In this document: positions 1-9,642 of the stretch, in pieces
Numbering within the stretch: the stretch's first letter is position 1
Layout: every line of letters begins with the position of its first letter
From: Bacteroidota bacterium
Lineage (GTDB): Bacteria > Bacteroidota > Bacteroidia > Cytophagales > Flexibacteraceae
Assembly (NCBI GenBank): GCA_040388605.1
Contig: JAZKBN010000052.1
Location: 2,866 to 66,865 of the forward strand
DNA: 64,000 nucleotides
Direction: 5' to 3'
Position numbers and translations under genes: made by a program
The notes under the pieces: model-generated
The model's database searches: none
What the model was told of the DNA's origin: nothing
The model's input: the letters and a program-made list of their open reading frames with translations, nothing else

Positions 1-568
1 AATCGGTAAAGTATTCAGGGTGCAGGTCGCTTTCGTAACCTTTGTTCAGTTTGAAATCTTTTTGGTTATATACAGGTCCGCCGTATATGCCTAAGCTCAG
101 CTTGTTGGCAATAAGTGTCTGGTAGCCAATAAATGCGCCGCCGCCTGTTGTGTTCAGCTCGCCCTGGCTTTGGTGTTTGCCGGGGTTCGCATCGGTGTTA
201 TTAAAATCGCCCGACATTGACATTTTTTGGTAAAGGAATACCGGGGCTATATAAAGCCCGACAGGCGCTTCGGTATAGTTGAACAAATAATACCTGATTT
301 CAGGCATAACGCCGTAACCGTCGAACTTGTTATTTTTACGTTCCATGATATTGTAAAATGCGGTTATCTGGAATGTAACATGTTTACTTAAAACCCTTTC
401 GTAAGAACCTTCAATCTCACCGAATGCCGGCGTGAGCAGGTTAAACTTTACAATATTATTCGGGTAGGTATAATCCTGTATTCTTTGTGCCGAAGCAGTT
501 TGATTGCCGAAAAACAATGCTGAAAGAAGCACTGCAAGTGAAAGGCAGTTTTTGAATAGTTTTTTCAT
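1..568 (-). CDS. Outer-membrane beta-barrel protein (DUF3575-like), 3' end outside the window
   Basis: Start codon is the reverse complement of 566..568. My own translation gives MKKLFKNCLSLAVLLSALFFGNQTASAQ (signal peptide), followed by alternating aromatic/hydrophobic beta-strand-like sequence (VKFNLLTPAFGEIEGSYERVL..., ...GVMPEIRYYLF...). The frame stays open to position 1. Confidence 0.6.
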   Translation of the reverse strand, partial: MKKLFKNCLSLAVLLSALFFGNQTASAQRIQDYTYPNNIVKFNLLTPAFGEIEGSYERVLSKHVTFQITAFYNIMERKNNKFDGYGVMPEIRYYLFNYTEAPVGLYIAPVFLYQKMSMSGDFNNTDANPGKHQSQGELNTTGGGAFIGYQTLIANKLSLGIYGGPVYNQKDFKLNKGYESDLHPEYFTD

Positions 569-882
569 AGCTGTATAAGCGGGAAGCTTGTTTTGATGTC
601 AGGTTCAGATGTTGGAATTAATACTGCTCAGTTGCAGGTATTCGGCAATTTGAATACTCAAATAATGAATACTGTTTTTACAAAGGCAAAAACCGATCTA
701 TCTTAATAAAACAGGGCATTGCGTAAAAAATTAAGCAATCTGCTTGGTATAAGCATATTGCTTAACGGAAATACTTCAAACAGTAACAATTCCCGGTATT
801 TTAAGAGTGGAAATAATTACACGCATAAGGGCAAACCGTTTGCGCTTGCTACCTTTGCCCCTGCATACAGCCTGCCCAGCCC

Positions 883-1101
883 ATGACCCTGCCCGAATGG
901 CTCATATCGAAAAACATTAATATAGATGCCCTCGGGCAAAACGAACCTGCTATACTTAAAGAGTGGGAAACCCTGTTCCCCCAAATGCACCCCGATGCCT
1001 TTACGGCGCAGAAGAAATTCATGATAAACCCGCTCAGGCGTAAATACCCTGTACAGGTTTATATCAGCGATATTAAATCGGGCAAGCCCGCTGCAGACTG
1101 A
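883..1101 (+). CDS. Small hypothetical protein (72 aa)
   Basis: ATG-initiated ORF in an otherwise empty intergenic space. Composition is non-repetitive and protein-like. No domain recognised. Confidence 0.4.
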   Translation: MTLPEWLISKNINIDALGQNEPAILKEWETLFPQMHPDAFTAQKKFMINPLRRKYPVQVYISDIKSGKPAAD

Positions 1102-1200
1102 TATGCCGAAACATCTTAGGCTTAAAGCACAATAGCCTGTATTCTTAAAATTACCATACCCGGTTTAATGCGCAATTTACCTGCGCTATAACGTTCCCCG

Positions 1201-2421
1201 ATGAAAATTACCGTTTCGCACAGCGGCAAGCAGCACAGCTACCACTTAGCCAAAGCCCTGCTGAACCTGCAAAGCCTCGATGTGTTTTTTACAAGCAGCT
1301 ATGTTGCCTCGCCGGCACTGCAGAATTACTTTATTAAAAGCGGCAACACCTATTTCAGCCGTCGTTTCGAGGAAGGGCTGGGGGGTAGTAAAGTAGATGC
1401 CAACTGGCGGTTTGAGCTCAGGGAAATAATACTGCGGAAACTATACGGTAAAACCGGGCGTACCCAAAACGCCGTTTATGAACGCGATGTAAATTTTGAT
1501 GCTTATGTTGCCGGTAAACTGCCCAACCGTAAAGCCGATGCCTTTTGGGGTTTCCAGGGCAGCTGCCACAGCAGCCTGCAAAAAGCGAATGACTTAGGCC
1601 GCATAAGCCTCTGTGAGCTGGCTACAGCCCACGTTACCGCCGCCCGCCGCATTTTGGGCGAAGAAAGCCTGCTTCACCCTGAATGGGCCGACAGCATAGA
1701 CAACCTGGTTTTCCCGGCCCCTTATGAAAAACGATTGGTCGAGGAGCCGCATATTGCCAAATATGCCGTGGCGGCATCGGCCTTTACCCGGCAGACATTG
1801 CTGGAAGACGGTATTGCCCCTGAAAAAATATTAACCCTGCCCCTCGGTTTCGATTTGCAGCATGTGCCCTACCCGGAACGCAACGACGATATTACCAAAC
1901 GCCCGTTAAGGTTGCTCTATGCCGGCACGCTCACCCAACGCAAAGGACTGCTCTACCTGCTTTCGGCCATGCGCAGCCTGAAAAACGAGAACATAGAGCT
2001 GCATTGCATAGGCGGCATACAGGGCAGCGGCAAAGCCCTGAAAGAATTCTCCGACAATTATATATACCACAGCCCTGTATCACAGGCCGAGCTGTTCGGC
2101 ATGTACGGCGCTTATGATGCACTTGTATTGCCTACTGTTTTCGAAGGTTTCGGGCTGGTGATTGTGGAAGCCATGGCAGCCGGCTTACCGGTGATTACCA
2201 CCCCGCACAGCATGGGCCCCGAATTGGTGCGCGACAATGTTAACGGATGGATTGTACCCATACGCGACATCAGCGCCCTTAGCACAGCCATTATGAAGCT
2301 CCGCCACAAAACCGGCGATGAATACCTGGCCATGCGACAGGCCGCCCGCGATTCTGCCGGTGCTTATACATGGGATGTATATGCGCAAAGGTTGGGCAGC
2401 CTTATTTCAGGGCTGAAGTAA
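1201..2421 (+). CDS. Glycosyltransferase family 4 (GT-B fold)
   Basis: C-terminal GT4 signature EGFGLVIVEAMAAGLPVITT, followed by a NGWIV motif. Length 406 aa. Confidence 0.9.
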   Translation: MKITVSHSGKQHSYHLAKALLNLQSLDVFFTSSYVASPALQNYFIKSGNTYFSRRFEEGLGGSKVDANWRFELREIILRKLYGKTGRTQNAVYERDVNFDAYVAGKLPNRKADAFWGFQGSCHSSLQKANDLGRISLCELATAHVTAARRILGEESLLHPEWADSIDNLVFPAPYEKRLVEEPHIAKYAVAASAFTRQTLLEDGIAPEKILTLPLGFDLQHVPYPERNDDITKRPLRLLYAGTLTQRKGLLYLLSAMRSLKNENIELHCIGGIQGSGKALKEFSDNYIYHSPVSQAELFGMYGAYDALVLPTVFEGFGLVIVEAMAAGLPVITTPHSMGPELVRDNVNGWIVPIRDISALSTAIMKLRHKTGDEYLAMRQAARDSAGAYTWDVYAQRLGSLISGLK

Positions 2422-2461
2422 AAAGCTTGCGGCTTACAGAATGCTGTAGAGGCTCGCAGAA

Positions 2462-3157
2462 CTATAAGAAATTCAAACGCTTCAGAAAAGCTTCCTTATA
2501 GCTGGCGCCAATGGGTATATACTTTTTACCAATTAAGATATTCAGGTCTTCTATGGCTGTAATCTTGGTTTGGTTTACTATATAGCTGCGGTGCACACGC
2601 ACAAAATCTGTGGGCAGCTTGCGCTCCAAAGCCTTCATTGTGCTGTGTACAATGTATTTTTCCTCGGCAGTATGCAGCAAAACATAATCGGCAAGGGCCT
2701 CTACGAAGAGCACCTTGGTGAGGTCTATTTTTACAATGCGGCTCTCGGAGCGCACAAAAATATCTGAGCCCGTGCGGGTATGGTTCAGGCGGTGGGTATC
2801 GTGGTTTTCGCGCGCCTTCATTACCGCTTTCAGGAAACGGGGGTAGGTAACAGGTTTTACAAGGTAATCTGTTACACTGTGCTCAAATGCGCTTACGGCA
2901 TAGTCGCTTTTGGAAGTAATCATGATAATCTGGGGCAGGTTATCAGTAATATCCATCAGCTCAAGGCCTGTCATTTCGGGCATCTCGACATCAAGGAAAA
3001 GCAAATCGACTTTATCAAGGCTGCTGAGGGCTTCAAGCGGGTTGCTGAACTCATAAGCCATTTCAAGAAAATCGGTTTGTGCCACCATGTGGCGAATAAC
3101 GTGGCGTGAAATTGCCTCGTCATCAAGTATCATACAGGTCATACCCGGTGTATTCAT
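2462..3157 (-). CDS. LytR/AlgR-family response regulator (receiver + LytTR DNA-binding domain)
   Basis: Receiver motifs ILDDE and LLFLDVEMPEMTGLEL. C-terminal LytTR motif FVRVHRSYIVN. No histidine kinase gene is adjacent. Confidence 0.9.
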   Translation of the reverse strand: MNTPGMTCMILDDEAISRHVIRHMVAQTDFLEMAYEFSNPLEALSSLDKVDLLFLDVEMPEMTGLELMDITDNLPQIIMITSKSDYAVSAFEHSVTDYLVKPVTYPRFLKAVMKARENHDTHRLNHTRTGSDIFVRSESRIVKIDLTKVLFVEALADYVLLHTAEEKYIVHSTMKALERKLPTDFVRVHRSYIVNQTKITAIEDLNILIGKKYIPIGASYKEAFLKRLNFL

Positions 3158-3296
3158 AGCCGCAGAATTGCTGGGCAGGAGCTTTTCAATAAGTTTTGCT
3201 GCTCAATAAATCGGATAATATTAGCAGCTTCAATTTCACAGAAGGGATTTAAAGCCCTAAATTTGCTCAATTTTTCAGTATAAATGTAACGCAGGT

Positions 3297-4058
3297 ATGG
3301 AATTGGCTTTCAGAACCTCGGGCACAGGCTTCCCGGTGGTTATTTTACACGGTGTTTTCGGCTCGGGCGACAACTGGCTTACAGTAACAAAGGCCCTTGC
3401 CCAACATTACACCATTTACCTGCCCGACCAGCGCAACCACGGTCGCAGCCCGCAATCCGGCGAGTTTACTTACGCCGCCATGGCAGCAGACCTGCTTGAA
3501 TTCTTCGATAAGCACAACCTGCAAAAGGCTCATTTAATCGGCCACAGCATGGGCGGCAAAGTGGCTATGCTTTTCGCAGGCCTTTATCCTGAACGTATTG
3601 AAAAATTAATTGTGGTTGATATTTCGCCGCGCTATTATGCCCCGCACCACAGCAGCATACTGGCCGGCCTGAATGCCATGAACCTTGAAACACTGCAAAG
3701 CCGTCAGGATGCCGACAATCAGCTGGCTCCTTACATACCCGAACCGGATGTACGGGCCTTCCTGCTGAAAAACCTTTACCGCGATGAGAGCAGCAAATTC
3801 GCATGGCGCATTAACCTGCCCGTTATTACAGCCAACATAGAAAACATAGGCGAAGCCCTGCCCCCGCATACCATAATTGAAGTTCCAGCGTTATTCATGC
3901 GCGGCGAGCTGAGCAATTATATAACAGATGCCGATTGGGAAGAAATAAAGCGCATATTTACCCGTTCGCAGCTTGCTACCATAGCCGGTTCGGGCCACTG
4001 GGTGCAGGCAGAAAAGCCGGTGGAATTTGTAAGCGAGGCTATGAAATTCCTGGCCTGA
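3297..4058 (+). CDS. Alpha/beta-fold hydrolase (esterase, YbfF-like)
   Basis: VVILHGVFGS oxyanion region, GHSMGG nucleophile elbow, C-terminal GSGHW (catalytic His). Confidence 0.85.
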   Translation: MELAFRTSGTGFPVVILHGVFGSGDNWLTVTKALAQHYTIYLPDQRNHGRSPQSGEFTYAAMAADLLEFFDKHNLQKAHLIGHSMGGKVAMLFAGLYPERIEKLIVVDISPRYYAPHHSSILAGLNAMNLETLQSRQDADNQLAPYIPEPDVRAFLLKNLYRDESSKFAWRINLPVITANIENIGEALPPHTIIEVPALFMRGELSNYITDADWEEIKRIFTRSQLATIAGSGHWVQAEKPVEFVSEAMKFLA

Positions 4059-4150
4059 GCCACAGGCAAAATGCGCTTAGCTATTGGTAAAATTATTTAC
4101 TGCAATCAAAAGCGCGCATCTGAAAAAGCAATCACACAGCCCGGGCATAT

Positions 4151-5116
4151 TTGGCAAGGCATATAACAGGCAATAACATTCCTTTAAAAAATCAATTGCA
4201 GCTTTTGCATTTACCCCTTTCACATTCGGCGAAAATATTGAAGAACCTGCAAGGCCTGTTCAGGCCCCTGCTGCGTTTGCGCCTGCTGCCCGTATTTATT
4301 TTTATTGTGCTTTGCGCCTGCAACGCCCGCAAATCGCCGGACCAGCTGACCGCCAACGAAGAGAAAAAGCCTTTACTTTATAAAGACACCCTCGACAGTG
4401 ACAAGAAGGTTGAGAAAAAGAAAAAGATAGCCAAAAAGACCTTTTGGGGCATAAAAACCCGCAAGGCCTTTACCCGCGTTAAAGCCCGCAAAGTAACAAC
4501 CACCGAACTTTTCTTCGTGCTTAAAAAACCGGCGGCGCCTACAATTTATGTACAGAACATATATTGGTTCCATACAAAGAAGCGTAAAATAATGGTAGGC
4601 CCTGTGCCTGAAAAGGAGAAAAAGTATGCTGCCATTCTGCACGGACCTTACAAGAAAATTATAGGCAAAACCATAGTTGAGGAAGGCCAGTTTTACGTTG
4701 GCAGCAAGCACGGTCGTTGGGAGCTGTACCTGCCCGGTGATGAAAACATACTCGCCGATAAATCCAAATACTACAAGGGCTTCCCCAAGGAAAGCGAAAT
4801 AAGCTATTATGATGTGGAACGCACCCTTATTAAGGAGGTAAAACCGGTGCAGGAAGGCCGCTATAACGGCGACTATTTCTTTTTCAGTCCCGAAGGTGTT
4901 TTATTGGTTACCGGCAAATATGAGCGAAACATAAAAATCGGGGTTTGGAAAGAGTTCTATAATACCAAGAAGCGCAAAACCAAGAAAACCATTCAGTACC
5001 CTGAGAATGCCTACGCCGAACAAACTGAGCCCTATACCCTAATTGAATACGATGAAAAAGGCTTTGTAACTTACGATAAGGCTGAGGAGGATAAGAAGAA
5101 GCTGAAGAAAAAGTAG
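4151..5116 (+). CDS. MORN-variant repeat lipoprotein (YwqK-like), Lys-rich
   Basis: Repeated G-x-Y/F-x-G-x-K-x-G-x-W motifs (GSKHGRWELY, GKYERNIKIGVWKEFY). Lipobox-like FIVLCAC. The start is uncertain: the track ORF begins at a TTG, and an in-frame TTG at 4238 would give a cleaner signal peptide. Confidence 0.7.
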   Translation: MARHITGNNIPLKNQLQLLHLPLSHSAKILKNLQGLFRPLLRLRLLPVFIFIVLCACNARKSPDQLTANEEKKPLLYKDTLDSDKKVEKKKKIAKKTFWGIKTRKAFTRVKARKVTTTELFFVLKKPAAPTIYVQNIYWFHTKKRKIMVGPVPEKEKKYAAILHGPYKKIIGKTIVEEGQFYVGSKHGRWELYLPGDENILADKSKYYKGFPKESEISYYDVERTLIKEVKPVQEGRYNGDYFFFSPEGVLLVTGKYERNIKIGVWKEFYNTKKRKTKKTIQYPENAYAEQTEPYTLIEYDEKGFVTYDKAEEDKKKLKKK

Positions 5117-5182
5117 GGTTAGCAGCTTCAATTGGAAACATAATTAATGTACGTGATTTTCAAACAATACTGACTTTATTAT

Positions 5183-5380
5183 ATGAAAACGGCGCCAATT
5201 AAGCAAAACTCTTTAGAAGGTCTGACCCAACAGGAAATATTGGAAAAATTAGCCAAACGCTTTAAAGGCAAGCCTGTTTTTCCTGAATAAGTTGAGCGTG
5301 CCCAACGCAATCTTGAAAGGTTGGGAATGTTTAATAAAGCAGGCGGAACTATTAATAACCCACAGGAGGAGAGTAAATAG
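5183..5380 (+). pseudogene. Small ORF interrupted by an in-frame TAA (35 + 29 codons)
   Basis: My own translation gives MKTAPIKQNSLEGLTQQEILEKLAKRFKGKPVFPE*VERAQRNLERLGMFNKAGGTINNPQEESK*. The TAA at 5288..5290 is in frame, and the sequence after it still looks protein-like. Confidence 0.3.
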
Positions 5381-5406
5381 AGATCCAATGTTCTTACACG
5401 ATATAA

Positions 5407-5784
5407 ATGGACGGCTTTTTTCCCACAGCTGAAACAGTCCTGAAGGAAATGGTTCCGGAATTCGTTTCACGATATGACAATGACGATGGCTTTTACATGG
5501 TTCTTGGTGATTTTGCCTTCTTCGTCATAGAAAATTCAGGCAACCATGAATTAATGCAAAGGTGCTTTGGCTTTATTAATCTAGCATTGGAAAAAGGCGG
5601 CGAATATACTGAAGAAGCTATTGTTGTTCAGCTTTTTGAGCTTTTCTATGAAGATCAGGCTATTGTTGAATTAACAAGGCAGAGTTTAAATGCGCATGCC
5701 CTAAAAATTTACGATGACTTTTCGGATGCTTACACGCAAACAAATCTGAAGGCATTAGCGGAGAAAGCCGGTAAACAGCAATAA
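5407..5784 (+). CDS. Hypothetical cytoplasmic protein (125 aa)
   Basis: Clean ATG ORF that is acidic and looks helical (…EEAIVVQLFELFYEDQAIVELTR…). By eye its G+C is lower than that of its neighbours. No domain recognised with confidence. Confidence 0.6.
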   Translation: MDGFFPTAETVLKEMVPEFVSRYDNDDGFYMVLGDFAFFVIENSGNHELMQRCFGFINLALEKGGEYTEEAIVVQLFELFYEDQAIVELTRQSLNAHALKIYDDFSDAYTQTNLKALAEKAGKQQ

Positions 5785-6085
5785 CAGCTGTTATTAATTG
5801 TAAGATTGTTTAAACCCCTGAATACTTACCATTGTGGAAATACCGGTATATATGCCGGAGGCATCGGCAATAAACCAATCGGCACAGTTGGCTGAAATGG
5901 CTTTAACGCCCGTATTTGCCCGTTTTAATTTATAACGGGCTGATTTTTGTATGCCCTCTAAGAGTATCCTTTAAATAAATGCTTCCGGTATAAAACTGCT
6001 CACCGGAAATTTTAAAGTACACACCCCGGCTTACAGCGGCCCGGAAACAACCAATCATCTTACAACGAAGCATTCATTCCTGAAA

Positions 6086-7315
6086 ATGAAAAAACTGTAC
6101 GCTTTTAAAGCCATTGCCTGTCTTACTTTAATTACCTGCCTTTTTGCAATACCGCGAACCGTCCATGCCCAGGATGCCTGCAACGGACGTTACGCCAACA
6201 TGATTTTCGACAGCGTAACCATTACACGCAACATTGTTTTCGGGCAAAACACCACTTATTCGGGCCAAACCCAGGTTTTAAAATCTGATGTTTACTACCC
6301 TGCCGCCGACAGCAATGTAATTAAGCCGGCTGTTTTTGTACTCTATGGCGGCAGCTTTATAAATGGCAGCCGTAACGATCTCGGTGTACCCCAATTTGCC
6401 ACCGAGCTGGCAAAACGAGGCTATGTGGCCATTACCATAGATTACCGCCTCGGCATTCCCTTCCCCCCAAGCGGCACCGAAATGAGCAAGGCTGTTTACC
6501 GCGCCACGCAAGACCTTTTGGCTGCCGTGCGCTATTACCGCGCCCATGCCGACAGCTTCGATATTGACAGCAGCCGAATTTTTGCATCAGGCTTTTCTGC
6601 CGGGGCTATTACATGCCTGCATGCCGCATTCTGGCAGCAAAGCGAGGTACCAACGGCAATTAACCCTGCCGTAATGGGCACCCTTGCCGAAGGCAGCGGA
6701 AACCCCGGCATATCAGGCCGGATTAGCGGCGTAATAAGCGCCGCCGGCGGCATTGGCGATACCCTATGGATTTCTGCCGATGAGAAAATACCTGTTGGCA
6801 GCGTGCATAATGCAACAGACCCAACAGTGCCCTATAACTGTTCCGTTTTGCCTATTGTGAACCTGCCTATTTGCGGCAGCCTGCCGGTTACCAACCGCAT
6901 TAACCACCTCGGTAACGAGGCATGGCTTAAAACCATGAACGTACCGGGCATGCACATTCCTGACTATGGCACACCCGAAGCAGATACCATGGGTAAATAC
7001 ATGGTAAATTACCTGTATCGTATGCAGCCTTGCGCGCAGGGCCCGCTTACTGCCACAAATCAACAACAACCTGAACACTTCACACTTTTCCCGAACCCTG
7101 CTACCGATAAAGTATCTGTAAGTTTCGGAAATGCTGCTGTTGCCGGAACAATTGAATTACTGAATGCCACCGGCCGGGTAATGCTGCGCCAAAACATTCA
7201 GGCAGGCAGCGGAGTTACAAGCCTAACCCTGCCCGAAACCGCGAACGGCTTTTATATGGTTCGCGTAACAGAAGGCGGCCGAAGCACAAGTCGGCATTTG
7301 ATGCTTAACAGGTAA
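6086..7315 (+). CDS. Secreted alpha/beta hydrolase (carboxylesterase-like) with T9SS C-terminal sorting domain
   Basis: Signal peptide MKKLYAFKAIACLTLITCLFAIPRTVHA. GFSAGA nucleophile elbow. C-terminal ~80 aa FTLFPNPATDKVSVSF…GFYMVRV is typical of Por/T9SS type A sorting domains. Confidence 0.85.
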   Translation: MKKLYAFKAIACLTLITCLFAIPRTVHAQDACNGRYANMIFDSVTITRNIVFGQNTTYSGQTQVLKSDVYYPAADSNVIKPAVFVLYGGSFINGSRNDLGVPQFATELAKRGYVAITIDYRLGIPFPPSGTEMSKAVYRATQDLLAAVRYYRAHADSFDIDSSRIFASGFSAGAITCLHAAFWQQSEVPTAINPAVMGTLAEGSGNPGISGRISGVISAAGGIGDTLWISADEKIPVGSVHNATDPTVPYNCSVLPIVNLPICGSLPVTNRINHLGNEAWLKTMNVPGMHIPDYGTPEADTMGKYMVNYLYRMQPCAQGPLTATNQQQPEHFTLFPNPATDKVSVSFGNAAVAGTIELLNATGRVMLRQNIQAGSGVTSLTLPETANGFYMVRVTEGGRSTSRHLMLNR

Positions 7316-7323
7316 AAGATATT

Positions 7324-7351
7324 AACAGGGCCGGTAATTACCGGCCCTGTT
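7324..7351 (+). terminator. Perfect 28-bp palindrome after the esterase gene
   Basis: aacagggccggtaa/ttaccggccctgtt, followed by gcttt. Confidence 0.6.
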
Positions 7352-7438
7352 GCTTTAACAGCAGCCGCATTCAATATCAGCTTGCTGATTTTCAGGCAGA
7401 AAGAACAAGGAAATTACAAACCATATCGACATTCAACA

Positions 7439-8473
7439 ATGAAGTACAAATTACTTGGCAGCAGCGGCCTGCGCGTATCAGAAATTTGCCTTGGCACCAT
7501 GACCTTCGGCGACAAATGGGGCTACGGGGCCGATAAAGAAGGCAGCGAAGCCCAATACAATACCTTCCGTGAAGCCGGCGGAAATTTTATTGATACCGCC
7601 AACCGCTATACTGACGGCGAAAGTGAAAATTTTCTCGGCGATTTAATTGCCCCGCATCGGCATGATGTGGTGCTGGCCAGCAAGTACACCCTGCGCAGCG
7701 GTCCGGCCGGTAATATTAACGACGGCGGCAACAGCCGCAAGAACATGATGCAGAGCATAGAGGGCAGCCTTAAGCGCCTGAAAACAGATTACCTTGACCT
7801 GTTCTACCTGCATGCATGGGATTTTACCACTTCATCGGAAGAAGTTTTACGCGGTATGCAGGACCTTATAAGCCAGGGAAAAGTACTGTACGCCGCCATA
7901 TCAGATACCCCGGCCTGGGTGGTGAGCCGCGCCAATACCATTGCTGAATTACGCGGCTGGAGCAAATTCATTGGCCTGCAAATTGAATACAGCCTGATTC
8001 AGCGTACCCCGGAACGTGATCTTATTCCTATGGCCCAGGCCATGAACATAGGCGTTACCGCATGGGGCCCCATAGCCGGCGGTGCATTAAGCGGTAAGTA
8101 CCTGAACGAAACCGACAGCCCCAAACGCCTGAAAGAAGGCAGCATTCGCCTGAATGAGCGCTCTGCGGCCATTGCCCGCGAGGTGGTTGCCGTTGCCGAA
8201 GAGGCGGGTTGCAGCCCGGTGCATGTTGCTCTTAACTGGCTGCGCCAACAGCAGGCACAGGTAATACCCATAGTGGGCGCCCGCAATGCCGAACAGCTTC
8301 GCAGCAGCCTCGAAAGTGTAAACCATAGCCTGAGCCCTGAGCATATTGCCCGCCTCAGCGAGGTAAGTAAAATTGAGCTCGGCTTCCCGCATGACTTTTT
8401 GCAGCAGCCCGGCGTTACTGAAATAGTTTACGGCGGCAAAAAACCTGATTTCGAGTTTCAGCTCAGGAGCTGA
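7439..8473 (+). CDS. Aldo/keto reductase
   Basis: MKYKLLGSSGLRVSEICLGTMTFG, IDTANRY, and LDLFYLHAWD motifs. I prefer the ATG at 7439 to the upstream TTG of the track ORF (7382). Confidence 0.9.
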   Translation: MKYKLLGSSGLRVSEICLGTMTFGDKWGYGADKEGSEAQYNTFREAGGNFIDTANRYTDGESENFLGDLIAPHRHDVVLASKYTLRSGPAGNINDGGNSRKNMMQSIEGSLKRLKTDYLDLFYLHAWDFTTSSEEVLRGMQDLISQGKVLYAAISDTPAWVVSRANTIAELRGWSKFIGLQIEYSLIQRTPERDLIPMAQAMNIGVTAWGPIAGGALSGKYLNETDSPKRLKEGSIRLNERSAAIAREVVAVAEEAGCSPVHVALNWLRQQQAQVIPIVGARNAEQLRSSLESVNHSLSPEHIARLSEVSKIELGFPHDFLQQPGVTEIVYGGKKPDFEFQLRS

Positions 8474-8626
8474 TAAGCAGGCAGCCGGCATAAATCATGC
8501 ATACAGGGCTTTAACCCCGGATGCTGATTTCAGCGCAAATCTAAAATCGGGGTATGGGAAACCATATCCCGATTTTTGTTGTTTGAATAAGCATAGGACG
8601 TATTAAACAACAGCCTGAATTTTATA

Positions 8627-9535
8627 ATGAACTTACAAAAAGCATACGATGTAATTATAGTGGGCGGCAGCTTTGCGGGCCTTTCGGCAGCCATGAGCCT
8701 CGGCAGGGCCCTGCGCAGCGTACTTGTTATAGACGGCGGCAGCCCCTGCAACCGGCAAACTCCCTTTACCCACAATTTCCTTACCCAGGACGGGCAAAGC
8801 CCGCAACATATAACTGAAACAGGAAAGGCGCAGGTGCTTAAATACCCTACTGTAAGCTTTTGTGAAGGCATGGCCGTTTCCGGCATGCAGACAGCAGACG
8901 GCTTTGAAATTGAAACCCAGCAGGGGGAAATTTTTAAAGCCAAAAAGCTTATTTTCTGCACCGGAATAGCAGACCAAATGCTCCCCATACCGGGATTCAG
9001 TGATTGCTGGGGCATATCTGTTTTGCATTGCCCTTTTTGCCACGGCTACGAGGTAATAAGCGAAACAACTGCCCTGCTGGGTAAAGGCAATACCGGATTC
9101 GGGCTGTGCAGGCTGATAAGCAACTGGAGCAAAAATGTGGTTCTTTTTACAAACGGAGCATCGGACTTAAGCGAGGAGCAGGCTTCTAAAATTGCCGGCA
9201 GAAAAATACAGTTAGTGGAAACCGAAATAGACCACCTGGAGCATGAAAACGGTTACCTGCAAAAAATTGTGCTCAATGATGGTTCACACTGGAAAGTAAA
9301 CGCCATGTATGCACCCGTCCCCTTTAAGCAGCACTGTGATATTCCCGCTTCATTGGGCTGCAATTTCGATGAGCACGGCTATATTGACACAGATGAATTC
9401 AGGCGCACATCGGTACCGGGCGTATACGCTGCCGGCGATAACATTACTACTTACAGGGCTGTTTCTTATGCCGTCTCCTCGGGCTCAATTGCAGGCATTA
9501 CCTGTTCTAAAGATTTAATTGAAGATGAGTTTTAA
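8627..9535 (+). CDS. NAD(P)/FAD-dependent oxidoreductase (thioredoxin-reductase-like fold)
   Basis: YDVIIVGGSFAGLSAA dinucleotide-binding motif, HCPFCHG, and C-terminal GVYAAGD. Confidence 0.85.
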   Translation: MNLQKAYDVIIVGGSFAGLSAAMSLGRALRSVLVIDGGSPCNRQTPFTHNFLTQDGQSPQHITETGKAQVLKYPTVSFCEGMAVSGMQTADGFEIETQQGEIFKAKKLIFCTGIADQMLPIPGFSDCWGISVLHCPFCHGYEVISETTALLGKGNTGFGLCRLISNWSKNVVLFTNGASDLSEEQASKIAGRKIQLVETEIDHLEHENGYLQKIVLNDGSHWKVNAMYAPVPFKQHCDIPASLGCNFDEHGYIDTDEFRRTSVPGVYAAGDNITTYRAVSYAVSSGSIAGITCSKDLIEDEF

Positions 9536-9584
9536 AAGGCCTGAGAAATATCCTCGCTAACCTTCATCTGCATTGTGGCAGGAA

Positions 9585-9614
9585 CAAAAAATGCCGCAAA
9601 AAGCGGCATTTTTC
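9585..9614. terminator. Bidirectional hairpin terminator between convergent genes
   Basis: aaaaaa-ATGCCGC-aaaaa-GCGGCAT-ttttc. A- and T-runs flank a 7-bp stem. Confidence 0.6.
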
Positions 9615-9642
9615 ATTTATGAGTATTGGAACCAATAGCCCG

